Positions 19,060 to 28,230 of a stretch of 32,468 nt of DNA are shown piece by piece; position 1 is the first letter of the stretch; every line of letters begins with the position of its first letter. Source of the stretch: Bacteroidota bacterium (GTDB taxonomy: Bacteria > Bacteroidota > Ignavibacteria > Ignavibacteriales > Melioribacteraceae); NCBI GenBank assembly GCA_021786655.1, contig JAJYMU010000351.1, positions 1 to 32,468 of the forward strand, written 5' to 3'. The notes under the pieces are model-generated. The model had not been told where the DNA came from and did not search any database. It saw only the letters and a program-made list of their open reading frames with translations. The translations under genes were made by a program, and so were the position numbers.

Positions 19060-19446
19060 ATGAGCGTTAAAAAACTTAACGAGGTTCCAAAAGAAGAAGT
19101 AAAAGCTGCGACAAAAACTACGCGGCAAATTTTGATCGGACCGGGCGAAGGCCCAAACTTTGCAATGAGAAAATTTACGATTGAACCGGGCGGCTCGATG
19201 CCGATGCACACGAACACAGTTGAACACGAACAGCTTGTCCTTGGCGGCAAAGCAATCGTTGTAATCGGCGATAAAACTTTTGAAGCGAAAAAAGATGATG
19301 TCGTTTTCATACCGGCAAAAACTCCGCACAGCTATCAAGCCGTTGGCAATGAACCGTTCGAGTTTCTGTGCGTTGTGCCTAACAAAGAAGACATAATGGA
19401 AATGCTGAATGAAAAAAACACGAACGAGGATAAGCCAAAATGCTAA
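19060..19446 (+). CDS. cupin-domain protein
   Basis: [22 protein letters not shown]...[11 protein letters not shown] (two-His cupin motifs). Confidence 0.75.
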   Translation: MSVKKLNEVPKEEVKAATKTTRQILIGPGEGPNFAMRKFTIEPGGSMPMHTNTVEHEQLVLGGKAIVVIGDKTFEAKKDDVVFIPAKTPHSYQAVGNEPFEFLCVVPNKEDIMEMLNEKNTNEDKPKC

Positions 19447-20417
19447 AACGAAAACTTGGAAGTAGTAATCTTGAAGTTTCCATTCTTGGTTTAGGTTGCA
19501 TGGGAATGTCCGAATGGTACGGTCCGACTAACGATGAAGAATCAATTGCAACGATTTATGCGGCGCTTGATCTCGGAATAAATTTTTTCGATACCGCTGA
19601 TGTTTACGGAAACGGTCACAACGAAACATTGGTTGGCAAAGCGCTGAAGGAAAGAAGAAACGAAGCTGTCATTGCGACAAAGTTTGGTTTTCTCCCGCAT
19701 GAAGCCGGCATAAGTGGAAAACCGGAATACGTTAAACGTGCATGCGATACAAGTCTAAAGCGGCTCGGCATTGACAGTATTGATTTGTATTATCTCCACC
19801 GGGTTGATCCGCAAGTTCCGATTGAAGATTCCGTTGGCGCAATGTCGGATCTCGTTCGTGAAGGAAAAGTAAAATATCTTGGCTTGTCGGAAGCATCCGC
19901 TGAAACTTTGAAACGTGCCAGCAAAGTTCATCCAATCGCCGCGCTTCAAACGGAATACTCAATATGGGTTAGAGACGTTGAAGAAAAAATTTTGCCGACG
20001 TGCGTTGAGCTCAATATTGCATTGGTTCCATACAGTCCGTTGGGACGCGGATTCCTAACGGGAAAAGTTACAGACACTAAGATTTTTGACGCGCATGATT
20101 TTAGAAAAAACATTCCGCGGTTCCATGAAGAAAATTTTCAAGAGAACTTAAACGTGGTGAAGGAGCTGGGAAAAATTGCCGAAGAGAAAAATTGTAAAGC
20201 CAGCCAACTTGCGCTTGCTTGGTTGTTCGAACAAGGCGAAAATGTTTTTCCTATTCCCGGCACTAAAAGAAAAAAATATTTAGTCGAGAATGCGGAATCG
20301 GTAAATATAAAACTGACCAGGCAAGAATTAGACGCAATCAATGTTCTAGCAAAACAGATTAGGGGTGAACGGAAAACAGAATCCGGGATGAAATTAATTG
20401 ACGGATATCGCGAATAG
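19440..20417 (+). CDS. aldo/keto reductase
   Basis: [20 protein letters not shown] and LYYLHRVD. Overlaps the upstream cupin gene by 7 nt. Confidence 0.9.
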   Translation: MLKRKLGSSNLEVSILGLGCMGMSEWYGPTNDEESIATIYAALDLGINFFDTADVYGNGHNETLVGKALKERRNEAVIATKFGFLPHEAGISGKPEYVKRACDTSLKRLGIDSIDLYYLHRVDPQVPIEDSVGAMSDLVREGKVKYLGLSEASAETLKRASKVHPIAALQTEYSIWVRDVEEKILPTCVELNIALVPYSPLGRGFLTGKVTDTKIFDAHDFRKNIPRFHEENFQENLNVVKELGKIAEEKNCKASQLALAWLFEQGENVFPIPGTKRKKYLVENAESVNIKLTRQELDAINVLAKQIRGERKTESGMKLIDGYRE

Positions 20418-20445
20418 ATTTTTTAGGATAACCAAGGAGGAATCT

Positions 20446-21366
20446 ATGAGGCAGATTGATTCACTCAAGAAAGGAATTCGACTTTTTATCCTGGCGTCAT
20501 TTTTCATTTTCACACCAGAGCCGTCCTCAGCGCAGGACGATGGGAACCTGGATCCCATCATTGAAAAATATTCCAGGCAATACAGCGTGGATAAAGATTT
20601 AGTTAAAAGTTTAATTCAAGTTTCTTCGGGAGGAAATCGGCGCGCGGTCTCGCAAAGCGGCGCTATTGGATTAATGCAGCTGAATCCAAGCGTTATTAAA
20701 AGTTTAGGAATAAAAAATCCATATGATGCCGGCGAAAACATTCGCGGCGGCTGCAACTATCTGCAAACACTTTTAAACCAATTCGGAAGTATGGAATTAG
20801 CTGTTGCCGCGTTCAATGCGGGAGCGGGAGAAGTTCAGAAATACGGCAAAGTCCCGCCGTTTGCCGAAACAAAAAAATTTGTTGATGCTGTTATGAAGAA
20901 ATACAAAACGCTGAAGGAAGAATCGCCCGAATCGGAAGTCTTCGGATCATGGGTCGGTACAGGCCGCTACACCAAGTATGAATCCAAACCTCCTTTACAG
21001 ATTCAGATTGTAGGCACTACACAGCCGTTTGACCTTCAGATACATGCCGATGGCTCTGAGGTGATTGTTAAAACTTCGAAAGGAGTGATGGGCTATCCGT
21101 CACTTTATAAAAATCTCCGCGTTGAAAGGAATCGTTTTCATGTTGAATATTCGGGACCCAATCCGTGGGCTGTCCCGATCCCCAATGCGACGATGACTCA
21201 TACCATGTCTTATGTTCTTGATGTGAATACGAAAGACGGTGTGATGAAGGGAGAGTTTTCCAGCACTGTTACTTCAAAAGTAGTTTATAACATTCCCGAC
21301 TTAAAATTGCCCGAGGGCAGTGCTGAAATTAACTTTACCATGGTCTTAAATTTAAGAAAGAAATAA
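20446..21366 (+). CDS. exported SLT (lytic transglycosylase family 1)-domain protein with an unknown C-terminal domain; the catalytic Glu position is Ser
   Basis: The strong SD AAGGAGG precedes ATG at 20446 (the track start 20398 is probably too far upstream). Signal peptide ..FIFTPEPSSAQ. SLT blocks: SGAIGLMQLNP and AAFNAGAG. Confidence 0.8.
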   Translation: MRQIDSLKKGIRLFILASFFIFTPEPSSAQDDGNLDPIIEKYSRQYSVDKDLVKSLIQVSSGGNRRAVSQSGAIGLMQLNPSVIKSLGIKNPYDAGENIRGGCNYLQTLLNQFGSMELAVAAFNAGAGEVQKYGKVPPFAETKKFVDAVMKKYKTLKEESPESEVFGSWVGTGRYTKYESKPPLQIQIVGTTQPFDLQIHADGSEVIVKTSKGVMGYPSLYKNLRVERNRFHVEYSGPNPWAVPIPNATMTHTMSYVLDVNTKDGVMKGEFSSTVTSKVVYNIPDLKLPEGSAEINFTMVLNLRKK

Positions 21367-21442
21367 AATTGCTGATGACGGATTAATAGCGGTGATTTAT
21401 CTATCGCTTGGAACAAACATAAAATTTTTCAGAGGAGAGAAA

Positions 21443-21745
21443 ATGCAATTCATTGTGCTTGGTTACGACGGAACAGACGATAAGGCTTTAGACAGACGAA
21501 TGGCAGTTCGTCCGGATCATTTGAAGTTCGCACAGAAAATGTTTGACGAAGGTAAGTGGCTTTATGCTTCGGCGATTCTTAATGATGACGGGAAAATGAT
21601 CGGTTCGATGATCGTTTGTGATTATCCTTCGCGCGCGGAGCTTGAAGAGCAATGGCTCAAAGTCGAGCCGTACATTCTCGGCAATGTCTGGCAGAAAATA
21701 AACGTTCATCGCGCAATGATAGCTCAGCACGATACAAAAAAGTAA
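21443..21745 (+). CDS. YciI-family protein
   Basis: MQFIVLGYDGTDDKALDRRMAVRPDHLKF... SD AGAGGAGAG lies upstream of ATG at 21443, and the track start 21392 is probably too far upstream. Confidence 0.75.
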   Translation: MQFIVLGYDGTDDKALDRRMAVRPDHLKFAQKMFDEGKWLYASAILNDDGKMIGSMIVCDYPSRAELEEQWLKVEPYILGNVWQKINVHRAMIAQHDTKK

Positions 21746-21780
21746 ATCAAATTAGATTAACGAGCATAAGGATATGAGCG

Positions 21781-22239
21781 ATGAAAGTCGGCGATGTTGT
21801 TTCATGGGAAAGAACGTTTACCGAAGATGATGTTCGTCTTTTCGGGAAACTTTCCGGCGATGAAGGTATTCATCACATCACACCGGATGACCGAGGACGC
21901 ATAATGGTTCAAGGATTATTAACCGCAACTCTTCCAACCAAAATCGGCGGAGACATGAACTTCATTGCACGCGAACTAAATTTTCAATTTCATCGGCCAG
22001 TATTTGTCGGCGATACGGTAAAATGTGAAGTAACAATGACGCAGTTTGAAAAAGAGAAAACGTTACAAAAGTTTCGTCAAAATGGGTCTGCACTAATCAA
22101 CTCGGCAAAGTTGTTTTTGACCGGGCATACGTCCGGCATAGTAAGATTGAATGCAGAAATCAATAGTATGTACTCCAGAGCAATTCGCTGCGGCGAACTG
22201 GACACAAATCCGCAGCAAGCTGCGAGGAATTATACCTAA
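21781..22239 (+). CDS. MaoC-like (R)-hydratase hotdog protein with an apparent frameshift near 22057-22061 (the likely native stop is at 22164-22166 in another frame)
   Basis: N-terminal SGDEGIHHITPD...GLLTATL...VFVGDTV is MaoC-like. The annotated C-terminus is non-homologous, whereas the alternative frame gives VTKVSSKWVCTNQLGKVVFDRAYV..., the canonical last two strands. Confidence 0.75.
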   Translation: MKVGDVVSWERTFTEDDVRLFGKLSGDEGIHHITPDDRGRIMVQGLLTATLPTKIGGDMNFIARELNFQFHRPVFVGDTVKCEVTMTQFEKEKTLQKFRQNGSALINSAKLFLTGHTSGIVRLNAEINSMYSRAIRCGELDTNPQQAARNYT

Positions 22240-22551
22240 CCTTCTCGTCCGCCGTAGCGAACGCGAAGGCGGATTAAACTCGTAACATCAAAGTGCTTTA
22301 CTTCAAGCGAGAAAGATTTGTAAAATAAATGTAAAACCTACTCAACCCGCCCCACTCTAATAGATATACGCCATGTAATTTTTGTAAGTTCACCTCCCAA
22401 GGAAGCGGTTCATCTTACGCTGCTGTAATTAGAACATTTTTATTTGGTTAAATAGAAATAAATCTGCACGGCTCTTACTACAACTTTTGCTGGAGTTTTG
22501 TCCTCAACCAAGATATGAACGCGCCTGGCTTTTAAATATTTATGAAGCAAA

Positions 22552-24357
22552 ATGGAAAAACCAAATATGCATAAGTTTCATATACCCGTTCTAGGACTCG
22601 GCTTTTCTGTCGATGCGCCGGTTAAAGTTGCCAAGTATGGAATTTCATCCGTTATGTCCATCGTGGACGATATTCTGTTAGAACATCTGCGCAAACATTA
22701 TCTTGAAAAATCCGGCAAACCTTATGTTGAGATAAAAGCGGACGAACACGATTCGCGTGCGCGCAGGACAACCGCATACCTTAATATGATCGGTCAAATC
22801 GTAAAAGAAAAATTTGAAGAATTAAAGAATTCTGAGTTCGAAGACGGCAGTGAAATAAATAAATATTTCGAAATGCTTCCGGATGATTCCGATTTAAAAA
22901 TGAAATACTATGAGATGCTGCAGGCAAAAGACGAGGAGACTGCAAAAAAAATTCAAAACCAACTCAGAGAAAGCATAACGCCGGGCGAGGTTAATGTAAA
23001 TATTATGACCAAAGTTGATAAAGCGAATTATGATTCGAATGGAAATTTACTTCCGCCGGAATTTAACGATGCCCTAGCGGCTCTTCGCGGTTTCGCTTTA
23101 AGCGAACTAGAAAGCTCGATAATTTTTTCTGCCGGAATGAATCCGCGTTTGTACAGTTACATCGAAACATTCAAAGATTTCTTTCCGGATGAAACCGGAA
23201 ACTTCAAGAAGAAAATTGTTATCAAGGTAAGCGATTTTCGTTCAGCGCTTATTCAAGGAAAGTTTTTAGCGAAAAAAGGATTGTGGGTTTCGGAGTATAG
23301 AATTGAGTCAGGGTTAAATTGCGGCGGACACGCATTTGCAACCGACGGATTGTTGTTGGGTCCGATCCTCGAGGAATTCAAAAACAGAAAAGAAGAATTG
23401 CTCCAATCATTGAAAGAAATTTATCTTCAAGCGCTTCACAAAAAAGAAATTTCAATTGATGAACATAAACTCGGCGTGAAAATCACAGTTCAGGGCGGCG
23501 TGGGAAAATCAACAGAACAAGATTTTCTGCTGCGTCACTACGGTGTCCAATCGGTTGGATGGGGAAGCCCGTTTCTATTGGTGCCGGAAGTGATGAACAT
23601 TGATGATTATACGCTGGGAAAACTTTGTGCTGCGGGAGAAGACGATTTTTATCTAAGCGATATTTCTCCTTTAGGAGTTCCGTTTAATAGTCTGCGCGAT
23701 AACAGCAAGGACAATGAGAAATTTGCGAAAATTGAAAAAGGAAATCCCGGCAGCGCATGCACCAAAAAGTTTTTGCTGTCCAACAAAGAATATTCCGATA
23801 AGCCGCTGTGTACCGCGTCAATTTCATTTCTGAATAAGAAAATTGAGGAGCTGAAGGAAACCATTACCGATCCGGAAGAATTTAAAAATGAATTTGGTAA
23901 GGTTGTTGGTAAAGCATGTCTATGTGAAGGACTCGCTGCTTCGGCGCTAATAGTAAACAAAATTGAAACGCCGAAGATCAGCCAAGCCGTTTCCGTGTGT
24001 CCGGGACCAAACCTCGCGTACTTCTCTAAAGTTGCAACGCTGAAGGAAATGGTCGATCACATTTACGGAAGAATGAATTTGATCACGGATCCAAACCGTC
24101 CGAACATGTTTGTTAAAGAGTTGAGTCTTTACATTGATTATCTGCAGAAGAAGATGGAAGAAAAAACCGACGCAATCACTGCACAAAGCGAAGAATTTTT
24201 TAATACGTTTCGAACAAACTTGCTGGATGGAATTGAGTACTATAAAAAACTCATACCGGAAATTTTGGAAGAGACCGAAAGCGTAAGAGAAAAAATTATG
24301 GAAGAGCTTGAAACGCTTGAGCAGAAATTGATAGTAAATTCATTTGCAAGCGTCTAA
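22552..24357 (+). CDS. uncharacterised 601-aa protein (possible FMN/TIM-barrel-like fold with a Cys-rich C-terminal part)
   Basis: Long ORF with ordinary coding composition. Motifs: IPVLGLGF, NVNIMTK, IESGLNCGGHAF, VQGGVG and GWGSPFLL. Cys-containing sites: GSACTKK, PLCTAS, KACLCEG and SVCPGPN. Confidence 0.85.
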   Translation: MEKPNMHKFHIPVLGLGFSVDAPVKVAKYGISSVMSIVDDILLEHLRKHYLEKSGKPYVEIKADEHDSRARRTTAYLNMIGQIVKEKFEELKNSEFEDGSEINKYFEMLPDDSDLKMKYYEMLQAKDEETAKKIQNQLRESITPGEVNVNIMTKVDKANYDSNGNLLPPEFNDALAALRGFALSELESSIIFSAGMNPRLYSYIETFKDFFPDETGNFKKKIVIKVSDFRSALIQGKFLAKKGLWVSEYRIESGLNCGGHAFATDGLLLGPILEEFKNRKEELLQSLKEIYLQALHKKEISIDEHKLGVKITVQGGVGKSTEQDFLLRHYGVQSVGWGSPFLLVPEVMNIDDYTLGKLCAAGEDDFYLSDISPLGVPFNSLRDNSKDNEKFAKIEKGNPGSACTKKFLLSNKEYSDKPLCTASISFLNKKIEELKETITDPEEFKNEFGKVVGKACLCEGLAASALIVNKIETPKISQAVSVCPGPNLAYFSKVATLKEMVDHIYGRMNLITDPNRPNMFVKELSLYIDYLQKKMEEKTDAITAQSEEFFNTFRTNLLDGIEYYKKLIPEILEETESVREKIMEELETLEQKLIVNSFASV

Positions 24358-24453
24358 TCGCCGAACTGCCGCTCCAAGTTGTTGATATGAATCTACCGGA
24401 ATAATTCATCAATTATTATATTTGCGCAGACAAATTGGCGAAAGGAAATTTTT

Positions 24454-24978
24454 ATGGTAATTGAATCAATCAAAGCTGAATATAATAGATACAAATCATT
24501 AACCGACCTGGCTATTGCGCAGGTAAAGGATGAGGATTTGCACAAAATAATTCCCGGAACCGAGAACTCAATTGCAATATTGATGAATCATCTTTCCGGA
24601 AATCTGAAATCGCGCTTTACAAACTTTCTTACAGAAGATGGCGAGAAGCTATGGCGCAATCGCGACGAAGAATTTGAGGAATCGAATAAGAATAGAGATG
24701 CTCTGTTGAAAGATTGGAATGAAGCGTTCGGAATTCTGTTGGGCGAATTGAACAAGCTTACAGACGCAGACCTTTCCCGCAAAGTTAAAATAAGAGAAAC
24801 CGAACTAACGGTATCGGATGCGCTGACAAGATCACTTTCACATTTGTCGTATCATGTTGGGCAGATTGTTTTCATTGCTCGCCAGCATGTCGGCGCAAAT
24901 TGGAAATCACTCAGCATACCGAAAGGAAAATCTCAGACGTATAATTTGAATCCAACCAAAGAGAAAAAGCCGAACTGA
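24454..24978 (+). CDS. DinB-superfamily protein (DUF1572-like)
   Basis: ...ILMNHLSGNL...SLSHLSYHVGQIVFIARQ, a four-helix DinB-type His pattern. Confidence 0.7.
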   Translation: MVIESIKAEYNRYKSLTDLAIAQVKDEDLHKIIPGTENSIAILMNHLSGNLKSRFTNFLTEDGEKLWRNRDEEFEESNKNRDALLKDWNEAFGILLGELNKLTDADLSRKVKIRETELTVSDALTRSLSHLSYHVGQIVFIARQHVGANWKSLSIPKGKSQTYNLNPTKEKKPN

Positions 24979-24992
24979 GCGTTCGGCTTTTT
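24969..24992 (+). terminator. intrinsic terminator overlapping the DinB stop codon
   Basis: GCCGAAC (24969-24975) paired with GTTCGGC (24981-24987), a 5-nt loop, then TTTTT. Confidence 0.65.
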
Positions 24993-25095
24993 CCCCGGCA
25001 ACTTTCCGAACCACTCCAACATTTGAATTAAAGTACCCATCGAACTAAATTGACTAGGTGTTTATAAACGAATCCACAATTGATTTGGAGACAAG

Positions 25096-26439
25096 GTGGG
25101 AAAATTCAAATTTGTTATTAAAAGAAGCGGCGCAATCGTTCCGTTCAACGCGGATAGAATTGCAAACGTAATTTACAGAGCGGCGGTTGCTGTCGGCGGA
25201 CGTGATAAAGAAAAAGCAGAAGAGCTAGCCAAGCATGTTATTACAGTTTTGGAAGAGACTTACGAGGAAGGATACAGACCTCACGTTGAAGAAATTCAAG
25301 ACATCATTGAAAAAGTTTTGATAAAGAACGGTCATTCAAAAGTTGCAAAAGAATTTATTCTGTACAGGGAAGAAGCCGCCCGCAGAAGACGCGAAGACTC
25401 GCGGCATTTTTCCAAGCCGAACGAATTGATTCCGTGGAAAAAAGTTTGGCGAGCTCTCGATTGGGCTGTTGCGCACAAACTAAATACAATTGAATCCACA
25501 AACGAACGAATTAGAAAAGGCGAATTCCCGCAAATTGTTCATGAAGCTGAATCGTTTTATGAAACTCAGCTTGATACAGCAGCGGAACTTATCAAAGAAC
25601 GAAGCAGCGAATTGAAAATGGTGATGGTGAGCGGACCATCGTCTTCCGGTAAAACCACAACCACAATGAAACTCGAAATGCGATTGAAGAAAATGGGAAT
25701 GAGTTTCGTTCCTCTTGTGGTTGACAATTATTTTTTCGATCTGGAGCTGCACCCGAAAGATGAATTTGGCGATTACGATTTTGAAACTCCGCAAGCGCTC
25801 GATCTTGAAATGATCAACGAACATCTAAAGAAATTAGCTGCGGGCGAAGAGGTGAAAATTCCGTTCTATGATTTCAAAACCGGAAAAAGATTTTCCGATA
25901 GAACTCCGTTGCGCATCCGTGAAAACGAAGTTTTGCTCATCGATAGTTTGCATGGACTTTTTCCCGACTTCAGCAAAGAGATTCCGGCTTCACAAAAATT
26001 CAAACTTTACCTTGAGCCGCTGTTGCAAATGAAATGTACCGACGGACAATACATTCGTTGGACAGACCTTAGATTAATTCGCCGCATGTTACGTGATTCG
26101 GTTCACCGTGCGTATAATCCCGAACAAACTTTACTGCATTGGCATTACGTGCGTTCATCGGAAAAACGAACGATACTGCCTTACTGCAACACCGCGGATT
26201 ACATTGTGAATACATCGATGCCGTTTGAGGTCCCCATTTACAGACCGAAACTGCTTGAACATTTTAAAGAATGGGAGAAGAAATACAATGGCGATCCGCT
26301 TAGAGAAGATGCATACACAAGAGCTGCGCGAGTTAGAAAAGTATTGGAGGCGATTGAACCGGTTGAAGATGATTCCGCAATTCCGGGTGATTCTGTTTTG
26401 CGCGAGTTCATCGGCGGAAGTACTATTGAGTATCATTGA
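25096..26439 (+). CDS. ATP-cone domain fused to a uridine-kinase/phosphoribulokinase-family P-loop kinase
   Basis: GTG start with SD GGAG. The N-terminus KFVIKRSGAIVPFNADRIANVIYRA is ATP-cone-like. Walker A is VSGPSSSGKTTTT, followed by VVDNYFFD...FDFETPQALD (Udk/PRK-like). Confidence 0.75.
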   Translation: MGKFKFVIKRSGAIVPFNADRIANVIYRAAVAVGGRDKEKAEELAKHVITVLEETYEEGYRPHVEEIQDIIEKVLIKNGHSKVAKEFILYREEAARRRREDSRHFSKPNELIPWKKVWRALDWAVAHKLNTIESTNERIRKGEFPQIVHEAESFYETQLDTAAELIKERSSELKMVMVSGPSSSGKTTTTMKLEMRLKKMGMSFVPLVVDNYFFDLELHPKDEFGDYDFETPQALDLEMINEHLKKLAAGEEVKIPFYDFKTGKRFSDRTPLRIRENEVLLIDSLHGLFPDFSKEIPASQKFKLYLEPLLQMKCTDGQYIRWTDLRLIRRMLRDSVHRAYNPEQTLLHWHYVRSSEKRTILPYCNTADYIVNTSMPFEVPIYRPKLLEHFKEWEKKYNGDPLREDAYTRAARVRKVLEAIEPVEDDSAIPGDSVLREFIGGSTIEYH

Positions 26440-26488
26440 GTGTAGAACGCAGAGTTTTATAGTGTAGAATATAATTTGGAGAAAAATT

Positions 26489-26926
26489 ATGGATAAGTTT
26501 TTGCAAGCTGCAATAGACGAAGCTCAAACCGGTTTGAATGAAGGCGGAATTCCGATCGGCTCTGTGATAGTTCATAACGGAAAAATTATTGGTCGCGGAC
26601 ACAACCGACGTGTGCAAAAGGGAAGTGCGATTCTGCACGGAGAGATGGATGCGCTTGAAAACGCCGGAAGACAACCGGCGTCGGTTTATAGAGAATCTGT
26701 TCTCTACACAACTCTTTCGCCGTGCTCAATGTGTTCCGGTGCGATTCTATTATATGGAATACCGAAAGTTGTAATCGGCGAGAACAAAACATTTCTGGGA
26801 GAAGAAGAACTTTTGAAATCGCGCGGAGTGAAAGTTGAAGTGCTCGATGACAAAACGTGTACCGACATGATGACAAAATTCATCCACGATAAACCAACAT
26901 TGTGGAACGAAGATATTGGTGTGTAG
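26489..26926 (+). CDS. Fcy1-type cytosine deaminase (CMP/dCMP zinc-deaminase fold)
   Basis: GIPIGSVIVHNGKIIGRGHNRRVQKGSAILHGEMDALENAG...TTLSPCSMCSGAILLYGIPKVVIGEN...WNEDIGV closely parallels yeast Fcy1, including HxE and PCxxC. Confidence 0.85.
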   Translation: MDKFLQAAIDEAQTGLNEGGIPIGSVIVHNGKIIGRGHNRRVQKGSAILHGEMDALENAGRQPASVYRESVLYTTLSPCSMCSGAILLYGIPKVVIGENKTFLGEEELLKSRGVKVEVLDDKTCTDMMTKFIHDKPTLWNEDIGV

Positions 26927-26929
26927 ATT

Positions 26930-28081
26930 TTATCGTTTATAAACTCTCGGCACGCGAGTATTAATGTTGGTTAAAATTTCGTAAGGAATTGTTCCCGCCC
27001 AGTCGGCGAGTTCTTCCACCGTAATAGAATTGTTTCCATTCACACCGATCAAAGTCACTTCATCACCGTTGTACGCGGAATCTTTTTCGATGTTCACCAC
27101 AATTTGGTCCATAGAAATTCTTCCAATCACCGGGTACCTCTTTCCGTGAATTGAAACCTCCGCTTTGTTGCTCATGGCACGCAGATATCCGTCGCCGTAA
27201 CCGACAGGTATCGTAACAGCGCGAATGTCGTGATCGGGTTTCCATGTCATTCCGTAACCGACAGAATTTCCAGCTTTGATAACTTTGAAATACACAACCA
27301 AAGATTTCCATGTTAATGCCGGGGAAACTTTGACCGTATATTTTACTTCTTGCGATGGATAAACTCCGTAAAGCATAATTCCCGGACGGACAATATCCAA
27401 ATTTGCTTCCGGCATCTGAAGAATTGCGCCTGAGTTTGCCATGTGACGTGTCGGTGTTGGCAATGAATGTTTTTCAAAAAAAGAGAGGGCTTCGTTAAAT
27501 CTTTCCAATTGAAGTTTGGCAAAACTAAAATCGCGGTCGTCTGAATTTGCAAAGTGAGAGTACACGCCATCAATTATAATATGTTTGCATGAAAGTGTGG
27601 CTTCGAAAAATTTTTCAGCATGATAATAATGCACGCCAAGACGTTCCATGCCGGTATCAATCTTGAGGTGAACCCTGGCTTTCTTTTTCAACTGCGCGGA
27701 AAGTTCGTCGATCTGTTTTAATTTTTCGATTGATGAGGCGGTTATCGAAAGATCATGCTTGATGAAAATTGGAATTTGATTTCCCCAGATACCGCCGAGA
27801 ACCAGTATTGGAATTTTGATTCCTTTCTGGCGCAGGAGAATTCCCTCTTCAAGGACTGCAACGCCTAGATAATCCGCTTCAAGTTCCTCCATGAGCAGCG
27901 CAACACGAACTAATCCGTGACCGTATGCGTTTGCTTTAAGTACGGGCATTACTTTCGCAGGCGCAACATGTTTTTTGATCGTTCTGAAATTTTCGGCAAG
28001 AATTTTTAGATCAACTTCTACGCGTGTGGGACGAATTACTTCGTCAACGCTGATTACCGGATAATTAACAGAACTATTCAT
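26930..28081 (-). CDS. alr: alanine racemase
   Basis: PVLKANAYGHG (PLP-Lys motif) and the C-terminal YEILTNINTRVPRVY. Confidence 0.93.
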   Translation of the reverse strand: MNSSVNYPVISVDEVIRPTRVEVDLKILAENFRTIKKHVAPAKVMPVLKANAYGHGLVRVALLMEELEADYLGVAVLEEGILLRQKGIKIPILVLGGIWGNQIPIFIKHDLSITASSIEKLKQIDELSAQLKKKARVHLKIDTGMERLGVHYYHAEKFFEATLSCKHIIIDGVYSHFANSDDRDFSFAKLQLERFNEALSFFEKHSLPTPTRHMANSGAILQMPEANLDIVRPGIMLYGVYPSQEVKYTVKVSPALTWKSLVVYFKVIKAGNSVGYGMTWKPDHDIRAVTIPVGYGDGYLRAMSNKAEVSIHGKRYPVIGRISMDQIVVNIEKDSAYNGDEVTLIGVNGNNSITVEELADWAGTIPYEILTNINTRVPRVYKR

Positions 28082-28230
28082 TCACGACTTCTTCTTTTCT
28101 TGTTACAAAAATATGATTTTTATTTTGACATGCGATTAATTTGTTTAACACCAGACATTATTCCGAGCACATTTATTTTAAGAGGCTTATTTTTAACAAA
28201 GAAAAACACGTCACAATCGGAAGGTTCTAA

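Noticed and set aside
22521-22530. GCGCCTGGCT resembling the 3' CCGCCTGGGCA segment of the ZTP (pfl) riboswitch upstream of the orphan gene
   Set aside because: The match is partial only, and the 5' subdomain consensus is not visible upstream.
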